NCBI GenBank assembly: GCA_963765565.1
Contig: CAVXWV010000013.1
Coordinates: 172,705-236,704, forward strand
Reading direction: 5' to 3'
Length of the DNA stretch: 64,000 nucleotides
Source: an uncultured Chloroflexia bacterium
Lineage (GTDB): Bacteria; Chloroflexota; Anaerolineae; Anaerolineales; UBA4823
The notes below the pieces were generated by a model. It did not search any database. It was not told the DNA's origin and worked only from the letters and a program-made list of their open reading frames with translations. Below, piece after piece: positions 10,173 through 19,468 of this stretch. Position numbers and translations under genes: made by a program. Position 1 is the stretch's first letter, and the number at the start of each line of letters is the position of its first letter.

Positions 10173-11939
10173 TTAATTCTCCTCCAATTGCCGGATCATT
10201 TCGCTGATAACGTCGAAGCCACCCTGCCAGAAGCCTGGGGCGCTGATGTCGATGCCGGCCTCCGCCAGGATATCCGCTGGGGCGGCTGCGCCTCCATACT
10301 CCAGGATTTTCAAATAGCGAGGCACAAAGTCCGCGCCCAGAGCTTTATACTGCTGGAACAAGGCCAGGACCATAAGCTGCCCAAAGCTGTAAGCATACGT
10401 GTAAAACGGGGATTTATAAATGTGCGGGATGGAAATCCATTCCCAGCGGAATTCGTCCACCAGTTCCACGGCGTCGCCGAACTGTTCGCTTAAATCATTG
10501 TAATAACGATCACACAGATCCTCCACCGAACCGCCGTCCGTGATGATCTGGTGCGCCTGGCGCTCGAAAATTGTGAAATAAGCCTGGCGCAGGATGGTAG
10601 CGAAGGCATCGTCAATGGCACGCGCCAGCAGGTCTCGGCGCAGCAGCGGGTCAGTCTCCTGGGCGACCAGGCGTTCGGTCAGCAGCATCTCGCTGAAGAC
10701 GGAAGCAGTCTCAGCCAGGGGCAGGGAAGGCCGGAAGCTGAGGATAGAGCGACCAGAAGACTGCATGGAATGGGCTGCATGACCGAGCTCGTGCGCCAGG
10801 GTTGCCACGTCGCGCGCCTGGCCGGCGTAGTTAACGAGTACCCAGGGGGTCAGCTCGGGCACGGCCGCGTAGCAAAAGGCGCCCCCACGCTTCCCAGGGC
10901 GAGTCTCGGAATCCAGGTGGTTTTCCTTAAATACTCTCTCGACCTGTTCAGCAACTGCTGGTGAGAAATCCTGGAACGTTCTAAAAACCATCTCGACGGC
11001 TTGCTCGAAGCTGAATTTCTTCTCTGAACTGGCCAACGGAGCATAAATGTCAAAACGATGCAGCTTCTGAACTCCCAGCCAGGAGGCCTTCAAGCGAAAA
11101 TAGCGCTGGAAAACCTCGGCATTCGCACGGCAGACTTCGAGAAGGGTGTCGACTGCGGCTTCCGGGATGTCGTTGATCAGGTTCCGGTAGGAAATTGGCT
11201 GGGCGAAGTGGCGCAGCTCGATGGCTTCGGTGTGCCAGTCACGCACCCGGTGGACGTAAATTTGCGAGAGCACCGTTGATTGATCGGCGAAAACTCGCAG
11301 CAGCTCCTGGTAGGCAGCGGCGCGCAGCTCGCCAGAAGGATTGCGCAGGTAGGCGTTTAGCTGGTCGCGAGTCAGCCAGCGCTCTTCGCCATCGACGACC
11401 AGGCGAAAAGACAGCTTGTTGGTGACCAGGTCGTACATCTCTACCAGGGCTTCGATGCCATCGACGTCTTTCAGGTTGACAATCCGTTCTTCGGCCTCGC
11501 TGAGGGTGTGCGGCTTGAATTTGCGGATGTTCTGGAGCATATACGCCCGGTCAGCGCTGGCCTGGACCAACCGGCCGGCAGCTTCGTCCGGTAGTTCCTT
11601 GAACCATAGGGTGAAAAAAAGCGTGCGGTTGCCTGCTTGAGCCAGAGCCTGGTCAATGCGGCCGCGGAAGCTTAATGCCGCGGAATTCTGAGTATCTTCG
11701 TAAAACCACAGGTTGGTATAGGCACTCAGGCGGTTGGCGATGCTGCTCTGCCCTTCAAACGCATCCAAAAGCCGGAGGAATTCCGATTCAGGAATTTCTG
11801 GGCTCAGACTGCTGCGGACCGCTTCCAGTTGTGATATGTATCCTTCCATTACATCCAGGTAAGCCTGTAAAGCTGACCCATCCGGCTCGGGAAGTAAATC
11901 TCGAAGACTCCAGCGCGACTGTGTATAAGTGATGCTCAT
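10173..11939 (-). CDS. pepF: Oligoendopeptidase F (M3B family)
   Basis: Zinc motif HELGHAAH and about 590 aa of M3B-type text. ATG 11939 is preferred over the track start at 12044 because 11985-12062 is a palindromic intergenic element. The stop TAA abuts the ATG of the next gene, and a GGAGG lies inside the pepF 3' end. Confidence 0.85.
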   Translation of the reverse strand: MSITYTQSRWSLRDLLPEPDGSALQAYLDVMEGYISQLEAVRSSLSPEIPESEFLRLLDAFEGQSSIANRLSAYTNLWFYEDTQNSAALSFRGRIDQALAQAGNRTLFFTLWFKELPDEAAGRLVQASADRAYMLQNIRKFKPHTLSEAEERIVNLKDVDGIEALVEMYDLVTNKLSFRLVVDGEERWLTRDQLNAYLRNPSGELRAAAYQELLRVFADQSTVLSQIYVHRVRDWHTEAIELRHFAQPISYRNLINDIPEAAVDTLLEVCRANAEVFQRYFRLKASWLGVQKLHRFDIYAPLASSEKKFSFEQAVEMVFRTFQDFSPAVAEQVERVFKENHLDSETRPGKRGGAFCYAAVPELTPWVLVNYAGQARDVATLAHELGHAAHSMQSSGRSILSFRPSLPLAETASVFSEMLLTERLVAQETDPLLRRDLLARAIDDAFATILRQAYFTIFERQAHQIITDGGSVEDLCDRYYNDLSEQFGDAVELVDEFRWEWISIPHIYKSPFYTYAYSFGQLMVLALFQQYKALGADFVPRYLKILEYGGAAAPADILAEAGIDISAPGFWQGGFDVISEMIRQLEEN

Positions 11940-12278
11940 TGTGCACCTATCGTTCTTTTTTAAGAAAGGGAAACTGGATTGGGAAACCGCAGATGAGACA
12001 GATTTATACAGAATATCGTAAGAAAACACCACATAGATAGTCAAACCTACTTATCTGCGGTTTTTATTAAGCCTGGCTTAATTATACACAGGTTGTCCTC
12101 GTTCCGAGATACCTTGGTCAAAACCAAACAAAATTGTCAGCCTGTCAATTTTTCGAGCGCTTGTATCCCGGTAATCGTGGTATAAACATCTTCGGAATTG
12201 CAAGCGAGCCGTTCGGAAATTAAGCTCAGAATCCTTACCAACTATCGTGAAATCAAAAATGACACAGGAGAACGCAGT

Positions 12279-13733
12279 ATGATCGAACCCATTAAAACGC
12301 AGATCGAGCGCATCAAGGGCAAAGGCGCGACCTACGTCGACTGCCGCTGGTACCCACTCGAGGAAGCCAACTTTCTGATGATGTGGAACGGCAACCTGAA
12401 GGAAGCCGCTGCCTCTCGAGAAAGCGGTGTCGGCATTCGGGTGCTTTACAAAGGAGCCTGGGGGTTTTCCGCTTCGTCGGACATGGGCAACCTGCCCGCG
12501 GTCTTTGACAAAGCCTTCGAGAATGCCCGCGCTGCCGCGGAGCGCGTCACCTTCCCGGTGCGCCTGGCGGAAAAGGACGCCATCCAGGCAGAGTTCAACA
12601 GCCCATGCCGGATCGATCCCTTTGAGGTCCCCCTTGCGGACAAGGTGACTTTTTTGAGGGAAATGGACCAGAAACTCAACCAAAAGGGCGTCTTCCAGCG
12701 CTCGGGCATGTTGAGCTTCAACCGCAAGCAGATCGTCTTCGTGGACTCGGAAGGTTCGGAGATCCGCAAGCAGATCAAGGAAGTCTTTGGGAACATCTCC
12801 GTGACCGGGCTGGACGCTGAAGGCAACTCGCACGAGCGCTCTTTTAACCTTAACCAGCGCGGGCTCAGCCGCGGTTGGGAATCAGTTGACCTGGAGTACT
12901 TCAGCCAGAATGCGGAACGCATCGTCCAGGAAATGCACCAGGTACTGGTTGCCGAGCAGTGCCCGGTCGACGATCGCTCCGTGATCATCCTGCCCCAGAT
13001 GATGGGCTTGCAGACGCATGAGACGATCGGGCATGCCCTTGAGCTGGACCGCATCCTGGGCTACGAGCTGGCTTTTGCCGGAGGATCGTTCGTGACCTTG
13101 AACGATTTCGGGAAGCTGCAGTATGGATCGACAAAGCTGACGGCGCGCGCCGACGCCACGCTGCCCAACAGCCCGGGCAGCTTCGGCTTTGATGACGACG
13201 GTGTCCCTGTAAAGGACAACTTATTAATTGACCGGGGCATCCTGGTCGGGGCAATCAGCGGCAGGCAAATGGTCGAAGAGGCTAACGCCAAAGCAAGGCG
13301 TCCCGTTTTCGACGGCAGCGGCGGAGCAAACCGGGCGACCGCTTTTTACCGCGTTCCAATCGAACGCATGACGAACATCAACATCGACGCCGGTCAGGAC
13401 GGCACACTGGAAGATATCGTCGCCAGCACCGAAAAGGGTATCATAGTGGACGGTCACCGCAGTTGGTCGATCGGCTCGAACCGGGAGCAATTCCATTTCG
13501 CTAACGAAATCGGCTGGCTGGTAGAGGACGGCAAGGTCACGAACGTGGTAAAGAATCCCACCTATAAAAGCGATACCCTGAAATTCTGGAACTCCCTGAC
13601 CGCGGTGGGCGATGCATCCACCTGGGAGGTCATTTTTATCGACAATTGTGGAAAGGGACAGCCCAACCAGATCATGCAGCTCGGTCACGGCGTTCCCGTT
13701 TGCCGCTTCGACAACACCCGCATAGGAGAATAA
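12279..13733 (+). CDS. tldD: TldD-family metalloprotease
   Basis: HExxxH motif (THETIGHALELD) with TldD/PmbA-family length and text. GGAG lies 9 nt upstream of ATG 12279 (the track start, TTG 12198, looks like an extension). Confidence 0.85.
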   Translation: MIEPIKTQIERIKGKGATYVDCRWYPLEEANFLMMWNGNLKEAAASRESGVGIRVLYKGAWGFSASSDMGNLPAVFDKAFENARAAAERVTFPVRLAEKDAIQAEFNSPCRIDPFEVPLADKVTFLREMDQKLNQKGVFQRSGMLSFNRKQIVFVDSEGSEIRKQIKEVFGNISVTGLDAEGNSHERSFNLNQRGLSRGWESVDLEYFSQNAERIVQEMHQVLVAEQCPVDDRSVIILPQMMGLQTHETIGHALELDRILGYELAFAGGSFVTLNDFGKLQYGSTKLTARADATLPNSPGSFGFDDDGVPVKDNLLIDRGILVGAISGRQMVEEANAKARRPVFDGSGGANRATAFYRVPIERMTNINIDAGQDGTLEDIVASTEKGIIVDGHRSWSIGSNREQFHFANEIGWLVEDGKVTNVVKNPTYKSDTLKFWNSLTAVGDASTWEVIFIDNCGKGQPNQIMQLGHGVPVCRFDNTRIGE

Positions 13734-13735
13734 CC

Positions 13736-15136
13736 ATGAATGAGCGCATTTTAGATATCCTGGCTGAGCTGCGTCGCTACGCCATTACCACCCACTGCCA
13801 GAAGAAGGGCTGCGAAGTGGCGCTTTTTTACCACGAAGAAGACAGCACCCTGATGCGTTTCGCCAACTCGGCGATTTCGCTTAACACCAACGAGCATCTG
13901 ATCCGCCTGGAGATCGCTACCTACGCCGGTAAGAAGCGCGCCAGCTACGAACTAATCACTGACCTCAACAAGCTGGACGAGATGAAGCGCGGCATCGACA
14001 CCGCCGTGGAGATGGTCGAGCACGTACAACCGTTGGAATACCTGCCGACAATTCCGGTTTTTGCCGAATCATATGCCGATGACAATGCCTATGACCCTGC
14101 GCTCGCAGCAATGGGCAGCGAGGAGAAGCTGGCTTATTTCAACCAGGCATCTCAAGGACTTGAAAGCGACGAGATGAAGCTTTCGGGTATCTTCTCCAGC
14201 GGTGTTAACATCATTGCCCTGACCAACACACGCTCCGAGCACAGCCAGTTCTTCCAGACCAGCGATGCGCAGGTTTCCGCGGTGATCGCCCATGCCACTC
14301 TGAAGTGGGAAGTGCAATCCGAGCAGTCTGCCCAGAAGAAGAGCGACTTGAGCGCGGCTGCGGTGCAGCACGAATTGAGATTCCTGGCGGAGCAGTACCA
14401 GCAAGCGCCGGCGCTGCAGCTCCCGATCGGCAGCTACGACGTCGTCTTCGGACCGGCTGCTGTGGCAGACCTGGCAGGCTTCATGAACTGGGTCGGCTTC
14501 AACGGCGGATTGATGAAACGCGGCTTCAGCTTCTTGAAAGAGGAGCAGGTCGGAACGAAAGTCTTCTCGGAGTATTTCACCCTGGTGGACGATCCCAACC
14601 GGCGCGAGACCTTTCCTTTTAAACGCGACTATACCGGCCTGGTGCGCCAGCGTTACCCGATTTTTGAGAAAGGCGTGTTCAAGGGCTTCCTGTGGTCGCA
14701 GGATGACGCCGACGAGTTCGGCGCCCAGCCGACCGGGCACACCGTATCCCACAAGAGCCTGGTGCTCGAAGGCGGCGAGGTCAAAGCCGGCAGCCTGGAA
14801 GAACTGGTGCGCCTGCCGCGCTCGAAGGACCTGCTGTACGTCCCTTTCATCCATTACATGAACATTGTCAACCCATCGAAGGGCATCGTCACCGGCAGCT
14901 CGCGCTTCGGGGCGCTTCTGCTCAAGCAGGACGGCACGATCGCCCTGCCTTATAACGTGCGCCTGACGCACAGCCTGCTGGACCTGTTCGGCGATAAGGT
15001 TGCCTGGATGTCGAGGGAGACGGTGGCTTATAACACGTCATCGAGCTACGGGGCTCGCAATCCCACGGCGATGATCGTGCCCAGGTTCACATGCGTGCGC
15101 GACCTGGAGATCTCCCACTCGAACACGTCGTTTTAG
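13736..15136 (+). CDS. pmbA: PmbA/TldE-family protein (TldD partner)
   Basis: ATG 13736 follows the tldD stop by 2 nt. Family-typical text with no HExxxH, as expected for the PmbA partner. Confidence 0.75.
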   Translation: MNERILDILAELRRYAITTHCQKKGCEVALFYHEEDSTLMRFANSAISLNTNEHLIRLEIATYAGKKRASYELITDLNKLDEMKRGIDTAVEMVEHVQPLEYLPTIPVFAESYADDNAYDPALAAMGSEEKLAYFNQASQGLESDEMKLSGIFSSGVNIIALTNTRSEHSQFFQTSDAQVSAVIAHATLKWEVQSEQSAQKKSDLSAAAVQHELRFLAEQYQQAPALQLPIGSYDVVFGPAAVADLAGFMNWVGFNGGLMKRGFSFLKEEQVGTKVFSEYFTLVDDPNRRETFPFKRDYTGLVRQRYPIFEKGVFKGFLWSQDDADEFGAQPTGHTVSHKSLVLEGGEVKAGSLEELVRLPRSKDLLYVPFIHYMNIVNPSKGIVTGSSRFGALLLKQDGTIALPYNVRLTHSLLDLFGDKVAWMSRETVAYNTSSSYGARNPTAMIVPRFTCVRDLEISHSNTSF

Positions 15137-15164
15137 GCGATTGGACGCGGACGAGCGCTGAATA

Positions 15165-15203
15165 ATAACCTGGTGACACCACAGAATTGTGCCACCAGGT
15201 TAT
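15165..15203 (+). terminator. Stem-loop downstream of tldD-pmbA
   Basis: ATAACCTGGTGACA / TGCCACCAGGTTAT arms (14 nt, one mismatch) with an 11-nt loop and no strong T-tract. It covers the GTG 15189 alternative start, which favours ATG 15225 for the next gene. Confidence 0.4.
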
Positions 15204-15224
15204 CTTACCTTCCCTGTTACATGT

Positions 15225-17765
15225 ATGAAAACCTTTTACCTTCTATCCGACGTCTGCACCGACTATACCTGGGCATATGATTCCGTCAGCGCTATGAAGG
15301 CGGACGATGCCGCCCTGCTGAGGGCAGAGCTGGAGGCTGGCACCCACTACAACCTGGTACACTCACGCCAGGTGGATTATTTTTTGGAGGCGTATCCATA
15401 CCTGGAAGAGCGCCTGGTCGAAGCCATTCGAAACGGGCAGGTCACCCTGAACCCGGTGCGAAACATGACGCTGTTCGGCGACATGAGCCTGGAAGAGATC
15501 GTGCGCTCCTTTTACCCCTGGAGGCGCTTCGCCCGCCGTCACGGCCTGGACCTCAGCATCCTGGAATGCGCTAACATCCAGGAAACGCCGACCGCTGCCT
15601 GGATCCTGCCGACGATCTTCGCCAACATCGGGGTCAAATACCTTGTGCGTTCTCTGTTGCCATACGAATGCCCCTGGGTGAAACGCCTGCAGGAGCCGTC
15701 CGTGTATCGCTGGGAGGGACCCGACGGCAGCCAGATGCTGGTAAGACTGCGCAAGGAAGATTACGTGGAAGGCCAGTTTGTGCTCAAGGGGGCGGATGCC
15801 ATCCAGGAAGCCCTGCAGGAGCGTGACGCTGACAAAACTAACGCCCAGGATGGCTGGGATGCGGTCGGTCTGGTTGGCTGCTACGGCGACCTCAGCCCGC
15901 AGTCGAAAAATTATCCCGCCCTGAAAGCCGCGGCGATTGCAGGATACAACGCCCGGCGCGGCGCCCTGCCCCCTCTGGTCGATGCCAGCCACTCCGAGTA
16001 TTGGGCGGCCATCGAACGGGAAATCGTTGAGAATCATCGCGCAATACCGATCATGCGCGGCGACTACGGCACGTCCTGGGAAGCCTGGCCTGCTTGCCTG
16101 GCAGTGGATTTCACCGGCTACCGGAGAGCCCAGGGACGGGCTGCCCTTGCCGATCGCCTGGCGGCGCTCCTGGCAGTCCTGGACCCTTTCCTGGGCGCGC
16201 TGCGCGAGCGGAGGCTCGAAACCGGCTGGGAGGCGTTGATCTCGCTGGCTGACCATGCTTGGAACGGCTCTTCGGATGACAGCAGGAAACTGAACGCAGC
16301 CCTGCGCCGCCAGTGGCAGCTAGAAGCCAACAAGGCTTTCGATGAGGTTACCGCCGAATCCATGCAAACACTCGGTAGAAATATCCCCACGGAAGGCGAA
16401 AGCCTGCTGGTTTTCAACCACCAAAGCTGGAGGCGATCTGGTGTTGTCCGCCTGACCGGCGCCATACCGCCCGCCCTGGCTGATCCGGCAAGCGGCGCCG
16501 TCCTGCCGGTGCAGGTCATCCGGGAAAAGGGTGAATTTGCGGGTTACTGCGTGCTGCCGGAAACTCCCGGCCTGGGATACCGGGTGTTCAGCTTCCTGAC
16601 GGAATTGCCCACAAGAGATGAAATGCCAGTTTTCACACAGCCAGCGGACAGTAATCGATTGGAATTAATCTCGCCTTTCTATCACCTGAAACTTGGTCCT
16701 ACCAGCGGCGCCGTTGCCAGTCTGTTCGACCGTACACGCCAGGTCGAGCTGGTGGATTTCAACAGCCCCTACTGCCTCAACGAAGCCGTTTACACCAGCG
16801 CACCGGGCAGCGCCCCAGGACCTTATGAACTTTACACACCGAGCAACTTCTCCGACGCTCGTGAATTCAGACCCACGAATGTACAAATCGGCACGCCCAT
16901 CTCCGGCCCGGTGTTCAACGAAATCCAGGCCACTGCTGACCTGGGGGATCTGAAGGTCAGGAGCACTTACCGCCTGTACCACATCCTGGACAGGCTGGAT
17001 ATTTTAAATGAGGTCGATAAACCGGTTTCGGTTGATAAGGAACAGCTCGATTTTGCCTTCCCTTTCAACATTCCGGACCGGCAAATTCACCTGGAGACTC
17101 CAGTCGCCTGGATAGACCCTGAGCGCGAGCGTTTGCCTGGTGCAGGACAATCGGTGCACGCCGTGCGCCGCGCAGTGGATGTGTCCAACGAGCATTACGG
17201 CGTGACATTGGCGATGTTCGAAAGCGGCCTAGTGCAACTCGGGAAGCGCACGACTGGCGAGGACCCACAAGGGTTGGAAGCCAATGCCACGATCTTCTGC
17301 CTGGCGCTGGAAAACGTTTACGACTGGAACGAAGCGATCCACGACCAGGGAGGCGAAACCCACTTCGAGTTTCGGTTCTGCTTGCAGGGGCATGCCGCAG
17401 GATTTGACACGGTGGCAGCCACGCATTTCGGCTGGGAGGACGAGCTGGCATGGATACGGCTGCCTGGGGGTCAGTGCGGTGACCTGCCAGGGGAGGTGCA
17501 CTCCTTTATCGGGGTTTCGCCGGATGCGGTGATCCTGACGGGGATGCGTCCCGCCGACGAAGGCGGTATCGTTTTACGGTTCTGGAATCTCAACGGCGAG
17601 GAGCAGAGGCTGCGCCTCGATGCGTCGGGATTAGGAGAACTCCAGGATGCCTGGCATGCTGACCTGCTGGAGATGGAGAAACAGCCTTTAGCCCACGAAG
17701 CCAGTGTTGTCTGCCAGGAGATCAAAGGCCGCGGCCTTGTGGCATTGAAAATTATCCCAGGTTAA
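15225..17765 (+). CDS. Glycoside hydrolase family 38-like (alpha-mannosidase-like) protein
   Basis: The N-terminal text resembles the GH38 N-domain (RNGQVTLNPV...GDMSLEEIVRSF...RRHGLDL...QETPTAAWILPTIFANIGVKYLV). The usual HxHxDxxW metal motif is replaced by LSDVCTDYTW. Confidence 0.6.
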   Translation: MKTFYLLSDVCTDYTWAYDSVSAMKADDAALLRAELEAGTHYNLVHSRQVDYFLEAYPYLEERLVEAIRNGQVTLNPVRNMTLFGDMSLEEIVRSFYPWRRFARRHGLDLSILECANIQETPTAAWILPTIFANIGVKYLVRSLLPYECPWVKRLQEPSVYRWEGPDGSQMLVRLRKEDYVEGQFVLKGADAIQEALQERDADKTNAQDGWDAVGLVGCYGDLSPQSKNYPALKAAAIAGYNARRGALPPLVDASHSEYWAAIEREIVENHRAIPIMRGDYGTSWEAWPACLAVDFTGYRRAQGRAALADRLAALLAVLDPFLGALRERRLETGWEALISLADHAWNGSSDDSRKLNAALRRQWQLEANKAFDEVTAESMQTLGRNIPTEGESLLVFNHQSWRRSGVVRLTGAIPPALADPASGAVLPVQVIREKGEFAGYCVLPETPGLGYRVFSFLTELPTRDEMPVFTQPADSNRLELISPFYHLKLGPTSGAVASLFDRTRQVELVDFNSPYCLNEAVYTSAPGSAPGPYELYTPSNFSDAREFRPTNVQIGTPISGPVFNEIQATADLGDLKVRSTYRLYHILDRLDILNEVDKPVSVDKEQLDFAFPFNIPDRQIHLETPVAWIDPERERLPGAGQSVHAVRRAVDVSNEHYGVTLAMFESGLVQLGKRTTGEDPQGLEANATIFCLALENVYDWNEAIHDQGGETHFEFRFCLQGHAAGFDTVAATHFGWEDELAWIRLPGGQCGDLPGEVHSFIGVSPDAVILTGMRPADEGGIVLRFWNLNGEEQRLRLDASGLGELQDAWHADLLEMEKQPLAHEASVVCQEIKGRGLVALKIIPG

Positions 17766-19291
17766 TGCTTCGTATTCACGAGCGGCATGAACAGAGACCA
17801 GGCCGGATTCTTTTTGGTCCAATCGAAGATCATTACCGGGAACGAGTAAGCCTTATTATTCGATTTATCGCGATCGATATTACGGCCAAGGTAAACTTGC
17901 TCCTTGAACACTACGATCCCTTTTTTAGCATCCTCGGGAGTGACAGTATATTCAAAAGGAACATTGACCGTGCCTTTCTCAGGAGTAATATAGTCAACAT
18001 CGACATAACCGATCGCCATTTCACCCGTTCTCGAGAGCATAAACAAATAAACCCGGACGTCCTCATAGGTGTATTTACTCTGGACTCCCACGTGGAACTG
18101 GTAGGTTTTTCCAACCTCCAGCCAATAGGGGGTTTTCACGTAAGCAGCGCTGACATCGTGGGATTCGAGCGTGATTAATTCGCCCATCTCTGCAGGTAAT
18201 CCGACCTCAGGCTGCACTTTATGCCAGATAAAATACTCCCCATCCTCTGCATACCAATGCTTGACACAGGCATCTATGCTCTCCAGGGTTGTGCCGTCGC
18301 CGAAATCCCACCAGTAATAGACCATGGGGGATCCAGCGGGGTCGTAAGAATTGTCGCAAAACTCAACCGTCGCAGCGCCGTATGGATAACTCGGATTCGT
18401 GTAAAAATAAGGCGATACCAGTTCCACGTCCGACAGGTATAACGGGAATTCCTCTAACCCTTCATCATACGCACAGAACTGAAGGTAATATGTCTCTCCA
18501 GGTATGGCATGAAAAGCGAATTGCTCGTATTGATTTACTCTCGGGAACTCATTATGCATATCTGACAAATTATTGGTTGTAGTGACTAACAATGATTTTC
18601 GCAACCGGGAATACGCAGAACCATAAACAATTTCATCCACCACCGGTATATATTTATACCAGACAGTTTGGTCACATGTACCAAAAAAGCCAGTAGGCGC
18701 AAGCGGTTCATTTTCTTCATACCAGGCATTACGGAGATTGACATTGATTGAATATGGCAGATTATCAATAACCGTTGCGTCCGTAAAAAAATCATTTTCA
18801 GGTCCAATTCGCTGGGTCAATTCAAAGATCAAAATAGCCCGTTCATCTTCCGGAAGTGGATAAGTTGAAGAGACCATTGTGATTTGAAAGTAATATGTCA
18901 CGCCTGCATACAATGGACAAGGGATTTCATAGACCCCATACTGAAAATAGACCGTCGTTAACCCAGTTGCGTAATCGCCAGTGTAGATACCTATGGAGTT
19001 TGCATAATTACTTTTCGAACTAATCGGCACAACATTCATATTCTGACTCGGAGTAAATCGATACCAGACCGACTTCTGCGGCGAATTACCCACATAGATA
19101 GGATCGAGCGGATTTATCGTCGCCTCGGTAGTGTCGACCGTGTCCGTAAAGGGCAGGCTGGTGATGATACGAGCGTTCTCAAATTCATCGTTGTCCGGCG
19201 CGGCTGCCTCAGCAGGATGTGTTTGAGGCACAACCCAAAGAAGCCCAAAGATCATGATGATGGTCAGGGTAATAAAAATGATTTTCTTCAT
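17762..19291 (-). CDS. Secreted protein with two pre-peptidase-C-terminal-like modules and a PKD-like domain
   Basis: Signal peptide MKKIIFITLTIIMIFGLLWVVP...AEA with GGAGGGG upstream of ATG 19291. DNDEFENA and ENDFFTDA modules and a PKD-like WWDFGDGT. The gene is visibly AT-richer than its neighbours. Confidence 0.7.
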   Translation of the reverse strand: MKKIIFITLTIIMIFGLLWVVPQTHPAEAAAPDNDEFENARIITSLPFTDTVDTTEATINPLDPIYVGNSPQKSVWYRFTPSQNMNVVPISSKSNYANSIGIYTGDYATGLTTVYFQYGVYEIPCPLYAGVTYYFQITMVSSTYPLPEDERAILIFELTQRIGPENDFFTDATVIDNLPYSINVNLRNAWYEENEPLAPTGFFGTCDQTVWYKYIPVVDEIVYGSAYSRLRKSLLVTTTNNLSDMHNEFPRVNQYEQFAFHAIPGETYYLQFCAYDEGLEEFPLYLSDVELVSPYFYTNPSYPYGAATVEFCDNSYDPAGSPMVYYWWDFGDGTTLESIDACVKHWYAEDGEYFIWHKVQPEVGLPAEMGELITLESHDVSAAYVKTPYWLEVGKTYQFHVGVQSKYTYEDVRVYLFMLSRTGEMAIGYVDVDYITPEKGTVNVPFEYTVTPEDAKKGIVVFKEQVYLGRNIDRDKSNNKAYSFPVMIFDWTKKNPAWSLFMPLVNTKH

Positions 19292-19425
19292 GAAACTCCC
19301 CTCCTGTTTTTGAACAAGGAAACGCACAAAAATCCCGCTTGGTTTAATTATGGCACCGAAATAGGGAGTTAGATTAATAAAACCTATCAATTAAGCAAGG
19401 TTAAGAACGCGGATCGTTCAAAGGC

Positions 19426-19450
19426 GGTAACAACGCGGAGCATTGTTACC
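19426..19450 (-). terminator. Hairpin downstream of the peptide ABC operon
   Basis: GGTAACAACG / CATTGTTACC stem (one mismatch) lying 19 nt past the ATPase stop. A second small hairpin, GAACG-cggat-CGTTC, sits at 19404-19418. Confidence 0.4.
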
Positions 19451-19468
19451 AGAAAAATCCGCGTCCCA

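Noticed and set aside
12279-15136. tldD/pmbA as part of a microcin/RiPP maturation cluster
   Set aside because: I found no precursor-peptide ORF, cyclodehydratase, dehydrogenase or export/immunity genes nearby. The pair is common as a housekeeping protease.
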